This document shows positions 12,783 through 25,821 of a stretch of 64,000 bases of DNA, in pieces. The stretch covers positions 558,001-622,000 of the forward strand of contig OZ287082.1 in assembly GCA_965645245.1 (NCBI GenBank). Reading direction: 5' to 3'. Both the position numbers and the translations under genes were made by a program. The DNA comes from Massalongia carnosa (taxonomy: Eukaryota). Position 1 is the first letter of the stretch; the number at the start of each line of letters is the position of its first letter. The notes beneath the pieces were generated by a model. That model saw nothing but the letters and a program-made list of their open reading frames with translations. It was not told the DNA's origin and made no database searches.

Positions 12783-15700
12783 TCAATTCGTGGCCGTATT
12801 TCCCTTCTTCTGATTGGCCAATTTCTTCTGATTGTTGACTAGGTCCATGGCATTGACTAGCCCTAATAGCTTGACGAAATGTTGATGCTTTTGAGGAGGT
12901 AGGATCTTGGTTAAACCATCTGCGACCATCTGATTGGTTGGCACATAGTTATCACATAATTCCCCCCTTTGCACAGATTGCCTAAGCCAGCATTGGGCGA
13001 CGTCTATATGCCTCAATTTAGTGTCAGTTTTTCCCATTTCGGAGGTTAAAATGCGAATTGTCTGTAGATTATCGTTATAGATAACTATATCTTGATCCGG
13101 GTTAAATTGTAGCTTTTCAAATAGATGTATCTACCATATGAGCTCTTTACCCGCATGAAGCATAGACAATAACTCGGCCTCAGTGGTTGACGTGGTCACG
13201 GTCAGTTGCTTCCTAGCGGCCCAGTCAATCATCCCACCAAATAACTTGAATGTATAGCCCTCGGAGCTTTTCCTATCTGGGTTATTTGCATAGGATGCAT
13301 CAGCCGTTGCCTCAAAAACCTGCTTATTAGCCGGGACCGGTCCATGATTTGCCATAGTAGTGATTTCACCGCCCCCTTTGGCCGAGTACTGGATTCCCAG
13401 ATATTTCGTCCCATATAGATAACGTAGGCAATGGTCTGCAGCCCTCATATGACTAGGTCCCGGGTTGGTCAGATATTCCGCTAATTTTGAAGCTGATTTT
13501 GCTATATCTGGCCGAGTCATAATAGCTGGGTAGCATATTGATCCAACTTTCTTCCTATATAGATACATTCTGGCCGGATCTACCTCCCCCTTATATGGCG
13601 CCAGTTCTTTATTGAATATGGGCGTTAGAGGTGTTTTAGCCTCCGACTTTTCATCTATATCATATTCCTTGGCTAATTTGTTTATATAGGAGTCCTGAAT
13701 CAAGTGGATCGTCTTTTCTTCTATGTTATGAATGACCCGTACGCCTAGAAAATAGGTTAATGGGCCCATATCCCGTATTTCGATCATCTTCATAAAACGT
13801 TGCATATATTCCTCGACTTCGGCTTCTTTTTCGGGCCGATACGCCATTACTATGTCGTCCACATAGAAGAATAGTATGATTCCCTCCGTATAGAATAGGC
13901 ATGGTTCGCCTGGCACCTGTTTTAACCCTAGTTCTATGCATTTGCCTATTAGCATTCGTAGCCATAGAAGGGGTGATTTTCTTTTGCCATATAGCGCTTT
14001 TTCCACTTTTAGCACCTTCTTTCTAAGCTTATAACCATCAGGCAAAAAGCAGGAAATAGGCTCGTTATTGTGAGCGTTTAGAAAGGCGTTAATAGCGTCC
14101 AACTGCCTCGTTTTCAGCCCAAATGCAGCAACTAATGCCATTAATGCCCTAAACACCTTGAAGGCTAGTGTAGCTGCATAAACATCTTGAGCATTATCTT
14201 GCTATAGGTCACCTCTAACCACTAGACGTGCTTTGAACTTTGCCAAATAGCCGTCCGAATCAGTCTTATAGGTGAAAACCCATTTGAGGGGCAATATTGG
14301 CTGTATAGCCTCATCTTGATCAACTATTTCCCATGTTTCTTTGTGGAAAAGTGCCTCGCATTTAACGTTAGCTGCTTTCATCAACTCATCTGCATAGGGA
14401 TGCCTTAGCAGAGCTCGCCAATGAGATGGGGGGTCGGGCAAATCATCAGTTCGGAGCTGATTAGTCATTCTCGCCGTCCCCGCCATTAACGCTGTATAAA
14501 ATTGAGGGAATTTCGACATTTCTTCTGCTGACCAAGCTCCATTTGCAGCGTATCTAGGGTTTGGTTTCCTAGTACGTTTTCCCTCTATAACGTTTGCCTC
14601 ATTTATCCAATCGCTCCTTTTTCCTAATGATTGCTCTATTTCCGTCACATTGAGGGGCGTTCGGCCCGTTTGCGGGAGTTGTGGAGGGTCAATTGTTGAT
14701 GCCCTCACCTTTTTGGCCCTTCTTTTATCTATGGAGACATTAGGGCTGATATCTGGTTCATGAAACGGGGAGACCTTCTCCCAGCAGGCATTCACTACTG
14801 GAAGATGGGATCCACAGGGGCTACACAACGTGATGGTCGCAATAGAGGTACAAAACAGGTAGGGTCGGGTCAAAGGGTAGACTAAATGCTACCCTTTTAA
14901 AGTGCTTGATCATTGATCTATATAGGATAGGACAATCCATAACCTAAGCTCTTCTTCCATACCTTGCCCATACTACCTGGTATTTTCGGACTCCGAAATA
15001 CTTCGGACACCGAAAGACACGGGTAGATAAGACTAGGCAGGTGAGCTAGGGGAGGTGAGGCGAGGCGAGGGGATACTTCGTGTACTACGAAAACACCTCC
15101 ATAATAAGTTAAGTCCCCACACTATGCCTAACTGGGTTAGGCGGGACCTTATTGTCTTGGTGGTTGTTTTGGCTGTACGTATCCCACATAGCCACATAGG
15201 CCAGTCTTACGTTCAACGATCGCATACTAGGCCTACCCTATTACAGTTCAGGTGTTACTATCGGCGTTTCCAGTTGCATGGGCGTTGATGAGGGAGTTAT
15301 TTTCTCCTGTATTTCGTCCTGACTAGGTGAGTTATCTTCTATGGTCAATTGCTCTATACGCTTATTGACTGATAAGTCTAGCCATTCTTCTTCCTCACTA
15401 TCTATCTCCTGAAATGCGGGGCGTGGTTTAACTACATGAAACTCTATAAAGCTCGCTTTTTCAGTCTCCTTTAGCATTAGCTCCTTATTCGACGTATAGG
15501 CGCTATAAAGCTCATCTTCGTTGAATATGACGTCTCTATAACCGCTGACATCTTCCTTTTCTGGATTCCATATCCTGAAGATATTGGTTGAATCATAGCC
15601 AATCAAATAGTCAACAAATGCCCTAGGTTTCAACTTATTGCTTTTGGGAGGAGCATTGGCCCCTTTTAGCAATGGATACTCCTTGCAACCAAACACTTTT

Positions 15701-18057
15701 AGATGAGCCAGCTCGTATCTGACTGATTGACCCGGATTAGTCAGTTTCTGCAATTTGACCAATGGGGAGTCCCATTCCAGAGCTTTATTGGGGGTTCGAT
15801 TCATCAGATGGGCTGCAGCTAAATAGCACTCCGGATACAGGTCTTCTGGCATTTTTGCATATTCCCTGATGCATCGAGCTTTTTCAGTTAATAGGGCTCC
15901 GAAACGCTCCGAAACGCCATTTTGCTCAGGGGTATTCTTTGCTGACCATGACCATTCTATGCCTTGCTGACTGATCTATGCTTCTAGGGCTTTTCCTATT
16001 GATGTTTCTTGCCCCGTGCGAATCGTGGTTACCATTTAATTAATGGAAATACCAGCCCTATCGCATTGATTGATCAAGCTTTTGAAGATGGGCAATAGGG
16101 TCTTTTCCTTATGATCATTCAATTGATAAACCCATACATATGAGGTAAATTCGTCCGTAAAATAATGAGCTATACAGCTCGTTCCATCGAACCCCTTATC
16201 ATTGATTGTTAGGTCAAAATGAAGCAGCTGATATGGCTTGATGGCACGCCCTGACGGAGCTTTATTGATGACCCTATGCATTTTGGAGACTGCACACGTT
16301 TCGCATTGAATGGTCCTAGGTGCGTTTTCACCCCCTACGCCTTTTGAAACTGTCACCTCATCGATCTTCTTTAGCTGGTCAATCACCTCTGGCAGGCAAT
16401 GACCGAGCCGAAGATGCCATTTCCATGGAGTTGCTTTTGACGTATCACGTAGCTGCACTGAGTTAGCAAACCCTATATCTAGGGATTCAGGGTTATATTC
16501 TATGATTGAGAGCCCATAGTGCTCCTTTATTTCACATATTTGTTGCCCTGTCTCCTCAACTATAAGGGTATCAGTGAACATATCCCAGAAAAAGCCTCGT
16601 TTTTTCAACTTATTGGCCGAAACCAACGTCACTGATGAATCAGGAATATAATCTGTTCCTTCGAATAATAGCTCCCTTTTCTGGCCATTCAATAGGCCAT
16701 TTACCCTCATTGTACAATGACCATGGATTTTCATCTCCCCGTCGGGGGTGTCCACCCACATGTCTGACGCAGTTGGGGTTATTTCTCCTATAAACCGTGA
16801 TTTATCATAGGTCAGAGGGTTATCGCATCCAGAGTCAAATATGACGCTTTTATGCAAGGGGTTATTTGCCCTAGATGTAACGTTCGCAAATGAGAAGGAT
16901 TGACCAGGCAATTCAATGTGATTGCCCTGATTATGTTGATCATTCTCTGCTTTATGGGAGCTCTTTTTGACTGACTCCTCAGTTATTCCGTCTAGTATAT
17001 TGGTGTCGGTGACCTTCTTAATGGCCATGAAAAACCGAATGTTTGACTGAATTTTCTGACGCATTTCATTGCGTACGGTTTTATCTTCCTTCCATGCAGG
17101 GGGGCGAGCTGATTTGACGATATATGGGCATAGCCTAAACAGGTGTATTTTCCCACATACGCACTTTCTATCCTTGAATCTGGCCTCTTTTGATTGGCCA
17201 TTCCATTGACTTGATTGGCTAGGCCCCGGACCTTTATTTTCGTCTTGCATTTGCCCCTGCAGCGAGGCTGCATTAGCTTGATTTCTAGACGTTGATTTTG
17301 CCTCATTCAGGAATGATTCCACGGCTAAACGATATTCCCTAGTTGTCTCGTAAAATTCAACCGTCGTCTTAGCAGCCCTATGCTGCATTACCCAGTTTTC
17401 ACAGAAATTAGGCGCCCATTTCTTCCCTGATCGGAAAAATTCATTGATGAATATGGTCTCGGAGCCAAATAGGCCCGTTACATTGAGCTCAACAATTTGT
17501 CCCTTAATATTTTCCCAATCAGCTACCCATGCCTCTATTTTACCTTTAATGGGCGGGGTTTTCAGGGCTAGAAATTGCTCATGCAATTGCTCTATGACTT
17601 GGTCATCTGATCGCTTATACCTTGCAGCCAGAATTTTCACTATTTCCCTAACCGATGAAGCCATCTTATTGGGGGGGATGTATGCTCGTAGGGAGCTCTT
17701 TAGTGCATTGTCTACTATTCTGAGTCCTTGGGCGACCTTCTCCACCTGTTTGTCCTTCATCTTATAGGCTGATATCTCCATTTCATAGTCCTCCTTTTGC
17801 TCAGCCGATAAATCGCCGTATTTCTCATCCGATTTGGTGGCTATTACAACTCCACCTTCTATAATGGGGTAAGCAATTCCACCTGCTGGCTGTGCTTGAA
17901 TAGGGACTTGATATTGTGAAAATTCCGGATATTCTCCCACTTCGGGCTCCGGTTTTGAACTATTGGGGTCCACATATTGCCATACCTTCGCTTTCTCGGA
18001 TATTACTTGTAATTCGCTAATCCATAGATGATAATTCTTGGGAGTTAGGGCGATCAT
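12783..18057 (-). pseudogene. Copia gag-pol polyprotein (gag, protease, integrase, RT, RNase H), several stops and a solo-LTR insertion
   Basis: CVCGKIHLFRLC knuckle, IFDSGC protease, WHLRLGH, integrase, KARLVVRGDL, FYVDD, ADASYA/STTEAE, KLRHIDV, in Copia domain order. Confidence 0.93.
14761..15245. mobile_element. Solo LTR (485 bp) inside the Copia
   Basis: TG...CA ends; 5-bp TSD GTTCA (14756-14760, 15246-15250). Confidence 0.88.
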
Positions 18058-20408
18058 CGTTGCTTTGTTGGTCTCCTCTATTTTGATCGTTTTGTTGGAT
18101 CGTTTTTAGAAGAGGTTTTTATTCAACTCGATCAATGAGTGGGAATTTGAAGCTTCTATGCTCACCAGGCTCATAACTATCAAGCTGTATGGGCTAATGT
18201 GGAATATGGGTGAAAAGGAGTGGTGTGTATTGATCTATGGGAGGTCTAGGCTAGCTAATTAAGGGATATCTCATGGGGGTTCGTGGGTCATGTGACCCAT
18301 GGCGGGTCATGTGACCCCTAATCGCCTGACAGATATCTACGAAAATTCTCAAATCTCACAAGTACGCGGGCGTAATGTCGCGGCCATTCGAGACTTGAAT
18401 AATCTGGATCTTATTTTGAGTAAGAATAATACTACTCCGCTCGCTCTAGATGACGAGTTCAACTGCTATCGTCAGCGAGGTAGGTTAACTGATACAATAT
18501 ATCAGATCTTTTCTCATTGTGTTCAACTTATTTACAATACACAGCGATGCATGATCGTTCGGGTCCTATTCTACAACAGTGGAAATATCTCGAGCCGGAA
18601 TTTCCACAAATGAGTATGGTTACCAGGGACATCCTTGCTGTACCAGCCGCTGGCGTTGGATGAGAGCGCGTTTTTAGCGTTGCGGGAGCCCTTTACGATC
18701 ATCGGATCATCGCAAGAATTTTCATCCGGATACATTCTCCGCGATGATGATGGTTCGTTTCTACGATCAGAAGGAGAATGCAGATGCAAGTTTACACGTA
18801 GATTTGGAAGAAGAAGAAAGCATGAGTCTTGAGGATTTGACTAATGAGATGCAACGGCGACATGAAGACCTAACACAGGTTATTCAGAAGGTCTAAATTA
18901 GTGATGAAGAAGACGATAATAATGACGAGGATCAGTTAACGCAGATCGGGTCATCGCAGGTTGAGCAGGTCTTAGCGCGTGATATAAGCATCGAGTCTCT
19001 TATTTTCGTGTCTTCTTGAGCTAATTATTCTACAGAAAAGTAAGAAACGAACTTACAATAACAGAAAACAATAACAGAAACTCCATTTCCGAGCAATGCG
19101 ATAGGAATAAGAGGATTGCAACGCGCACAAGAAGGGGTAGGCTTCCATCAAGCGAGAAGGTGAAGGAGGGTATGATAGAGGAGGGTATGGTAGATGAGGT
19201 GGAGGAGGAGGAGGAGGAAGAGGGTGTAGTGGATGAGGAAGAGGAGGAGGAGGGTGTGGTGGAGGATGAGGTAGAGGAGGGGGGTGGAGAGGGTAGGGGT
19301 GACAAGAAGGTGGAGAGTAAAGGAAGAGATGGCGAGAGACTTCCTTTACGAGTTTGGAATAGGAAGCGATAAATGGGCGACATACTTCGATATTCGATAG
19401 AAGATAGCATATGAATTTGTGATAGTCTTTATGGTGGTTCGACGTCAACGAAATAAATGTTTTATCTATAATCTACATTTTACTTTGTGATACTCATTAA
19501 AATAAATCTACAATGATTGAAAATCCGGAAGGGGTGTGTCTAGGTAGCCGGAGAGGGTGTGTCTAGGTAGCGGATGGGGTGTCCATATATCAGTACCCTT
19601 TTCTGTTGGGTAACCCAACGATAACCCAACCCAACCCAAAACCCATTGGGTTGGGTTCTCATTTTTAATAACCCAACCCAACCCAACCTATTCCGCGGCG
19701 TAGTTTCGCCTGCCCTGCGGCCCGTAGACGATACCTTGATTTTATCTGTAGATTGTCCAGATGCAACTCCATGGGGGCGATGAACGTTTCCGCTTCGAGA
19801 ACTTCGACGGGTATTGCCTTGAACGCCCCTGTCACGGTGCGTAAGAATTTGTTCTGCATGACACTGAGTTTGGACGTCGTGGCCTTGTTTTTCTTGATTT
19901 CCCTGGGTGTGTGCCACACAGTGCTTCCATAAGTCATTGCCGGGCGAACGACGGCGGTGTAAACCTGCCGGTCCTTCGCGAAAGAACCTCCCCAGGTAGA
20001 TGTCGATGTTTTTATGAGCGCCAGCGACTGCGACGTCAGCTTTTCCTGTGTTTTCCGTATGTAGGCTTCCCATTTCAATTTGGTGTCGATTTGGAGGCCC
20101 AGAACTCGTATGTCCGTTTTCAGTTCTATTAGGTTATTTTCTATTTGAATAGTAGCCGACATGTCGAATTTCTTTGGATTTCTGGACAAATGAAGGAGCT
20201 TATACTTATCCGGTGCAAATACGGACCCGTGGCGTGCTGCCCATAGTTCGCATTTTCTGTGAATTTTTTCGAGGGTTCTGCAGTTTTCTTCCGTGCTTTT
20301 GCCGTATGCCAACACAGTTACGTCGTCTACAAATACTAGCACGCTCGTGTTTATGCCGGGTCTCTCGCATATCTCTAAAAGGTCCGTATTGTAGAACAGG
20401 TATAGATT

Positions 20409-20509
20409 GGTTATAAACGGTTGATTTATTTGTATTATAGAAACATATCCTAAAATAGTTTAGTGTCATAATATTTAGTTGAATACACTTAAATGATTAA
20501 ATAAAAAAA
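20409..20509 (+). mobile_element. 3' UTR and poly(A) tail of the AT-rich LINE family
   Basis: Near-identical to 62811-62913 and to the reverse complement of 63899-64000. Confidence 0.85.
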
Positions 20510-22419
20510 GAACTGGGTTTTACAACTGTACGCCTGGGGCTGGCCTGCTATAATAGCTCAGCTACGTCAGATGGCCATAGAATTACTACGAGTAAGGGAG
20601 AATCATACTCAACTAGGAGTCAATTGGCAACAGTATATTTTACATCGTCATCCTGATCTGCTGGCTGAATACAGTCGCACACTAGATCAAGAACGATTAT
20701 TCGCTGAGAATGAAGAGATATTTCAGTACTGGTTTGACCTTTTCCTCTCCACGAAAGAAAAGCACGGAATTCTTGATGAAGATATCTACAACATGGACGA
20801 AAAGGGATTCATGATGGGGGTAGCTGCTAGTGCTAAAGTAGTAATTTCTTAGCACGAAAAGGAAGCCTTTTCAGCAAAGTCAGGTAATCGAGAATGGGTG
20901 TCATTGATCGTTTCCATTTGTACTACCGGAGGAAGTTTACCTCTTTTCGTCATCTTCAAAGGAGTCAACAAGCAAAAGGCCTAGTACGATGCACTGGAGG
21001 ACATTGACACTGAAATAGCTACCAGCGAAAACGGATGGACAGACAATGAACTAGGTCTTGATTGGTTGAATAAGTCTTTAAACCTGCTACTGCAAAATAT
21101 CTACACGGTGAATATCGATTTCTTATAGTAGATAGTCATGCTTCCCATGTTTCTACCGAATTCATCAAGTTTTGCAAATAAAAGAAGATTATTCTTTTGT
21201 GTCTACCTGCACATACTACCCATATGTTGCAACCTCTAGACGTGAGTGTTTTTGGGCCCTTATCACGGGTATACAAAAAACAATTGGAGGTCGTTTCCAG
21301 ATTCAACGTCTGCTCAGTGGACAAGGTGGATTATCTGAAGATCATTTAATCAGCAAGAAAAGAAGCAATCAACACAAAAAACGTGCTGACTACATGGAGA
21401 GCAACCGGATTAGTACCATACAATCCGTTATTAGTTCTTCAAAAACTCAATATTAGACAATCGGTGTTGCGAAAGACTGATAGCATCATCACCACCACTA
21501 TCACCACCACCACCACTACCACCACTATTACTACTACCACCACCACCACCACGAATATTACCTCCTCTCATCCTATCACTCCGACAACCCTTCAAAACTT
21601 TCACGAAATTGAAAAGACACCTGCAAATATCGATCAAATAAATCAACTGATTCGTCGAATTCGAAATGATGAAGAATCAGACTCGACTCCCGTTCAAGCG
21701 CTCATTAAATTTATAAAAGGCGCTAAATATGCCTTCGCAGAATCTAACTTGCTACGTATCACCAATAACGAGCTTCTTCAGGCTATTGTACGGCGCCATC
21801 ATCGAGCCAATCGTAGCAAGGCTCACTATAGAGTAAAGGCTCGAGTTCTAAGCCTTGAAGACGATCAACAATGACAGGAATTGGCCAAAGATAAACAAAA
21901 GGTGAAAGACAAAAAAAAGGAGGCCGCTCAGCTAAAACGAGCTGAGCAGGACCTTATCAAAACATTCAGGGAAATGTGTCGATTTGGACCAGATTTACTA
22001 GGACAAACGTCTACTGCATCTTCGACGAAAGGTCCTCAGAAAAGTCCTCAGAAAGTACCTGATAGTTCACAAAGTAAGCCTATTTGTTCTTTTCAAAGAC
22101 GATTACTACCTCCTCCCGTGCTTCAACCAATGACAGAAGAGGTAGAGGGGGTAGAGGAGGTGAAGGTGAGTGTGGGGATAGAGGTGGAGGTGTACGTGGT
22201 GGAGGGGGTGAAGACGGTTCAAACTACCAGACGGGGTCATATTGTATGTCAACTACGTAAAATGTGATTAAGTTGCATGCAGACAAAATATCAATTTCAC
22301 GTCTAATAGACATTAAAGCCGAATTTTTTTGTAAAACGGGTGAGAGGGAGGCCGGAGAAATTAAGCGAAACTTAGTTAGTCCCGTTGCCTAGTTTGTCCC
22401 GTTGCCCAGTGAGTTACGT
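20510..22419 (+). mobile_element. pogo/Fot1-type transposon, family C; 3' part with right TIR, 5' end not in the window
   Basis: IYNMDEKGFMMG, SGNREWVS, LPAHTTHMLQPLDV. Ends CCCGTTGCCCAGTGAGTTACGT followed by TA. Confidence 0.88.
21486..21552 (+). repeat. (ACC/ACT)n microsatellite encoding poly-Thr in the pogo C transposase
   Basis: Direct reading of the sequence. Confidence 0.9.
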
Positions 22420-22526
22420 TAGTAAGTCCGGGGAACGTCAGAATATATTATTTAGTGGCGATAAAAGAGATATCGCAAAGGCAAAAAACAATATGCTCAA
22501 TCGAAGATTTAACCCGATGGGTCATA

Positions 22527-24008
22527 ACGTATTAGCCACCCATTCGGGCCAGCCACCCAATCGGGCCACCCCATTAAAAATATCCTGGCCAACTATCCTC
22601 TTCTACCAAAAGGAAAACAACATTACCACGATGCTTCTACCATCCCCAAAATTAAGTAAAAATATCACTATCCATACGCATTTCTTACCAGACGGCCTTT
22701 GCGAACTTCACTTTACCATTTAAAGCATGATATCGCTCCTTTTCTCTGGCTAATGCCTCCTCTTTTTGCTGTTTCTCTTCGATCTTAGCCAGCTCCTCAC
22801 CCATAGTTAGCACCCTCACTTTATCACACCCCTTTCTAGACGCCTTTTCGCGTCGCTGAGCCTGTTTTTCAAATAGTTCCTGATTGAAATGCCGTAGAAT
22901 AACTCTATCAGCCACGGCATTCAATGCGGTTGTTTGAAGCAATTCAACATGCGCGCGGAGAGATGGAGTTACACGGGTAAACAAAGCATCGCTAGCTACC
23001 TAAATGCGTTTGTTCGTTGTAGGGGTAGTGGTAACGATTTTGCGAGGTGAAGGAATGATAGATCTCGGCAGTTTGCCTAAAACATGCTCGGGATTGTATG
23101 GAATAAGACTTGCCCCCCGCCATGCATTCATGATATTGATGAGGTTGTTTCCCTCTGGACTATCATTTTAGAACTATCCGCAATGCCCATGGCACACCCC
23201 TTTTCATCCATATTATAAATATCTTCATCTGCGACTCCATACTTTGCTCGGGTGGTCATGTACAGTTCATACCATTCCTTCAGGATTTTGGGATTGTGAC
23301 GAAGCGAGATAGTGAATAGATTTCTACCATTGCGCCACCTGTCCTCCCGACCAAAAGGCACAATACTTAGTCCGCAGACCAAGCTCTATGCTACTATAAC
23401 TGGGACTCCTACTATGTTCGCTGTAGGTCCTGCCGTCCGCACCACGCATGGTCGAACCGTTACAGGGATAACTTGCGTCTTTTCTGGATTGATCCAAGTT
23501 TCTTTTAAATTTAGTTTTGAATTGGGGATGTCTATTCATAATAGTTTTATACCAATGATGTTCTAGGGGTTTGAGTCCCCTTTTGCTTCCAGCAGACTTT
23601 TAGTCATGCCCTCAAGGTGTTGAATACTAGGTGGCCAGCCCCATGCAGTTATCCGATCTATCCACGTAATCAAGCCCTGTTCTTCTTCTACTTATAGTCT
23701 TTGATTGGCCTCAAGGGAGGTTTTTGCGTTACGTCTGCCTTGAAAACTGGCCTGTAAGGTCGATCGGGGGAATCTGTAAATGCGCGCTATCTCCCGCGGC
23801 GAAATGCCCGGGTTTTTGCGTATTTCTTCAATAGCCAAGTGTAATCTAGTAGCAGAGTCATATACGGGTATGTTTTTAGGCATTTTATATATATTTTATC
23901 GATAAAGGAGTGATGGTGCTGGATTGGAAGGAAAAGATTTATATTCGGCTACTAGATTTTGAGGGGTGGCCCGATTGGGTGGCTGGCCCGAATGGGTAGC
24001 TAATACGT
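22527..24008 (-). mobile_element. pogo family A copy 2, internally deleted (DDE core missing), in LINE ORF1
   Basis: Same TIRs as 1195-3008; TA TSD at 22525-22526 and 24009-24010. Confidence 0.94.
23295..23464. mobile_element. Solo LTR (170 bp)
   Basis: TGTGACG...CGTTACA ends; TSD GGGAT (23290-23294, 23465-23469); empty site seen in pogo A copy 1. Confidence 0.9.
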
Positions 24009-24803
24009 TAGACCAAATCGATTGATGCCATCAACTCCACCCCAACGCCCCACTCCGAAACACCTATTGGTCCCCCCGACGACGCCCCCGGGCCCCCCGC
24101 CAACCGACTCCCCCGCGTAATGTTCGGAAGCGATAATTGGGAGCACCCCCCTTACCGTAGAGTCCACGGAGGCTATTGACCAATGGCGAGAATTATCGTA
24201 CGCACCGTCCACACCCACCCTAAAAGCGAAATCTTTTGTAGCGCCATCTGGTAAATTCAGTACTAATCTGCCCATGCCATTATTGAATTCTGATATTCGA
24301 CTGAGTCTACCAATTAAACGCAAAAAAATATGAACATTTGACGAACATTCGATTAAATGTCAAGAAGTCATCAATCGAACAAAATCGACCCAAGTATTGA
24401 ATACGGCAAAAAACGCACTATTGGAGTCATTCGTACTAGATCAAAACCCCGAAACGGCTATTGTCATTGATTACGTCAATTCTCTACTGGCAAAGAAATC
24501 GATCAAGCCTAAGGCAACATTAGAAATGATTGATTGGAAATTGAATAGGGTGCTAGAATAAACTAGCAAAATTCCAGAAACAAAGAGAAAATTGGTGCGA
24601 CCTATACAGACAAGTTCAAATGGAAATTTGACTAAAAACGTAAACCCAACAATTCGGAGCGGAACCGCCGGGGTCCCGGGACCACAGGTCAATAACACAG
24701 CTAGAACATGGAGCCAAATACTGGGAAAAGCGACTGTCAATTCAAAAAATTGGACTACCGTTCCTCGATCGAAAAAAGCCAACAACAACAACAACAAAAA
24801 TTC

Positions 24804-25821
24804 TGTAATGGGCTACGATACCAGTAAGCTTATCACGAGCGACACTGATCTCGAAAGGGGAATTGATCAGCGTGAGAGGTGGAAGATAGCTACTACGTGC
24901 TGGTCTCCGAGAGTATATGTGATTTAAAGAACTAATGGATATGGAATTGCTTAGACCAAGAGATCTCGTCCGAGACCCAAACGTAGGTTGTTCATAGAAT
25001 AAAGACTAATTGCTAACGAATACTACAGGATTCGTTCTGGTATTTATCCTACTCACCCCAAGCCTATAGCCTTGGGAGCTTTGGAACCTTAGGAGCCTTG
25101 CAACCCACTTCTGGCCTTATCGCCTTACATCTAACCATCCCTCAGGATCCATCAACGAACTCTGCGTTCGCTGGATCATCTAGTCAGCCTCGAGCAGCCT
25201 TCTAGACCTTCCCTTGCAAGGTTGAACACTTCTACCTCCGGCTAGATCCCTCACTACATTGCTAGCCCGCCTCTAAACATAAAGTCTAGACGCCGAAGCT
25301 ATGTAGCTTCATTTCGCCGTCACCACTACCAACGTAGCGATGGAAGGTTACCTCCGACTGAATCTCTATCTACACTGCGGACCTGCCTCTAGACACAAGG
25401 TCTAGACCACAAGGTCATGTAGGTTCACTCAGTCGACATCACTACCAACGTAGCAATAAAGGTGGAAGCTGAAGTGTACACCGGGGAGGCCGAGCTCAAG
25501 CTGGTCCAGCTAGCCGTGCCTCCTGCTACAACTCTTGATCCATCAAGAGATCGAGTAGCTCCGAGTAGGCCAGTAGATCCTATATAGAGTTCACGGCTTC
25601 TCCACAGGAGTTCGCCTTACTCTATGGCAATCTACCACCACGGCCTCGACAGGTGTTTGATCTGTAAGCAGTCTGGAACGTAGGATTCGGAGTTGTATGG
25701 CAAGGTGGCGTCGTGTCAACCTCGACGGCTGTGCTACTAAATACTACGGCCTGGCTCATGCTAGTTAATCCCGCAACCGCCGTAGGCGATCACGTATTCT
25801 TCTAGCGCCATCCGTATTACA
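24804..25821 (-). mobile_element. Solo LTR (~1.0 kb), copy 1
   Basis: TGTAAT...ATTACA ends; TSD AATTC; second copy at 37300-38923. Strand is inferred from a minus-strand TATA-like GATAAATA. Confidence 0.9.

Larger units (their letters stand above)
12532..18331 (-). mobile_element. Ty1/Copia LTR retrotransposon, full length, decayed
   Basis: 154-bp LTRs at 12532-12685 and 18178-18331 (5 differences seen). 5-bp TSD GATAT. PBS GTTATGAGCC next to the 5' LTR. G-rich PPT at 12686-12694. Confidence 0.96.
10640..19372 (+). pseudogene. hAT transposase, spliced, disrupted by stops and the Copia insertion
   Basis: Same motifs as copy 1 (ALDCWSS, NTRWDST). Putative introns near 11036-11088, 11832-11884 (GC-AG) and one ending at 19034. 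Glu-rich last exon. Confidence 0.88.
9980..19702 (+). mobile_element. hAT DNA transposon, copy 2, both ends present, carries a Copia
   Basis: TIR TACGCCGCGGAAT...ATTCCGCGGCGTA. 8-bp TSD GTTTCGCC (9972-9979, 19703-19710). (GGGTT)n subterminal repeats at both ends. Confidence 0.96.
9096..20408 (-). mobile_element. Tad1-like LINE A, 5'-truncated, split by hAT copy 2 (pieces 9096-9979 and 19703-20408)
   Basis: RT motif FVDD and GSVFAPDKY at 19703-20408. The reading continues across the hAT TSD into the C-terminal CxC..H finger (CSCGWQKQTAKHIILHC). Degenerate (ATC)n tail at 9096-9120. Confidence 0.9.
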
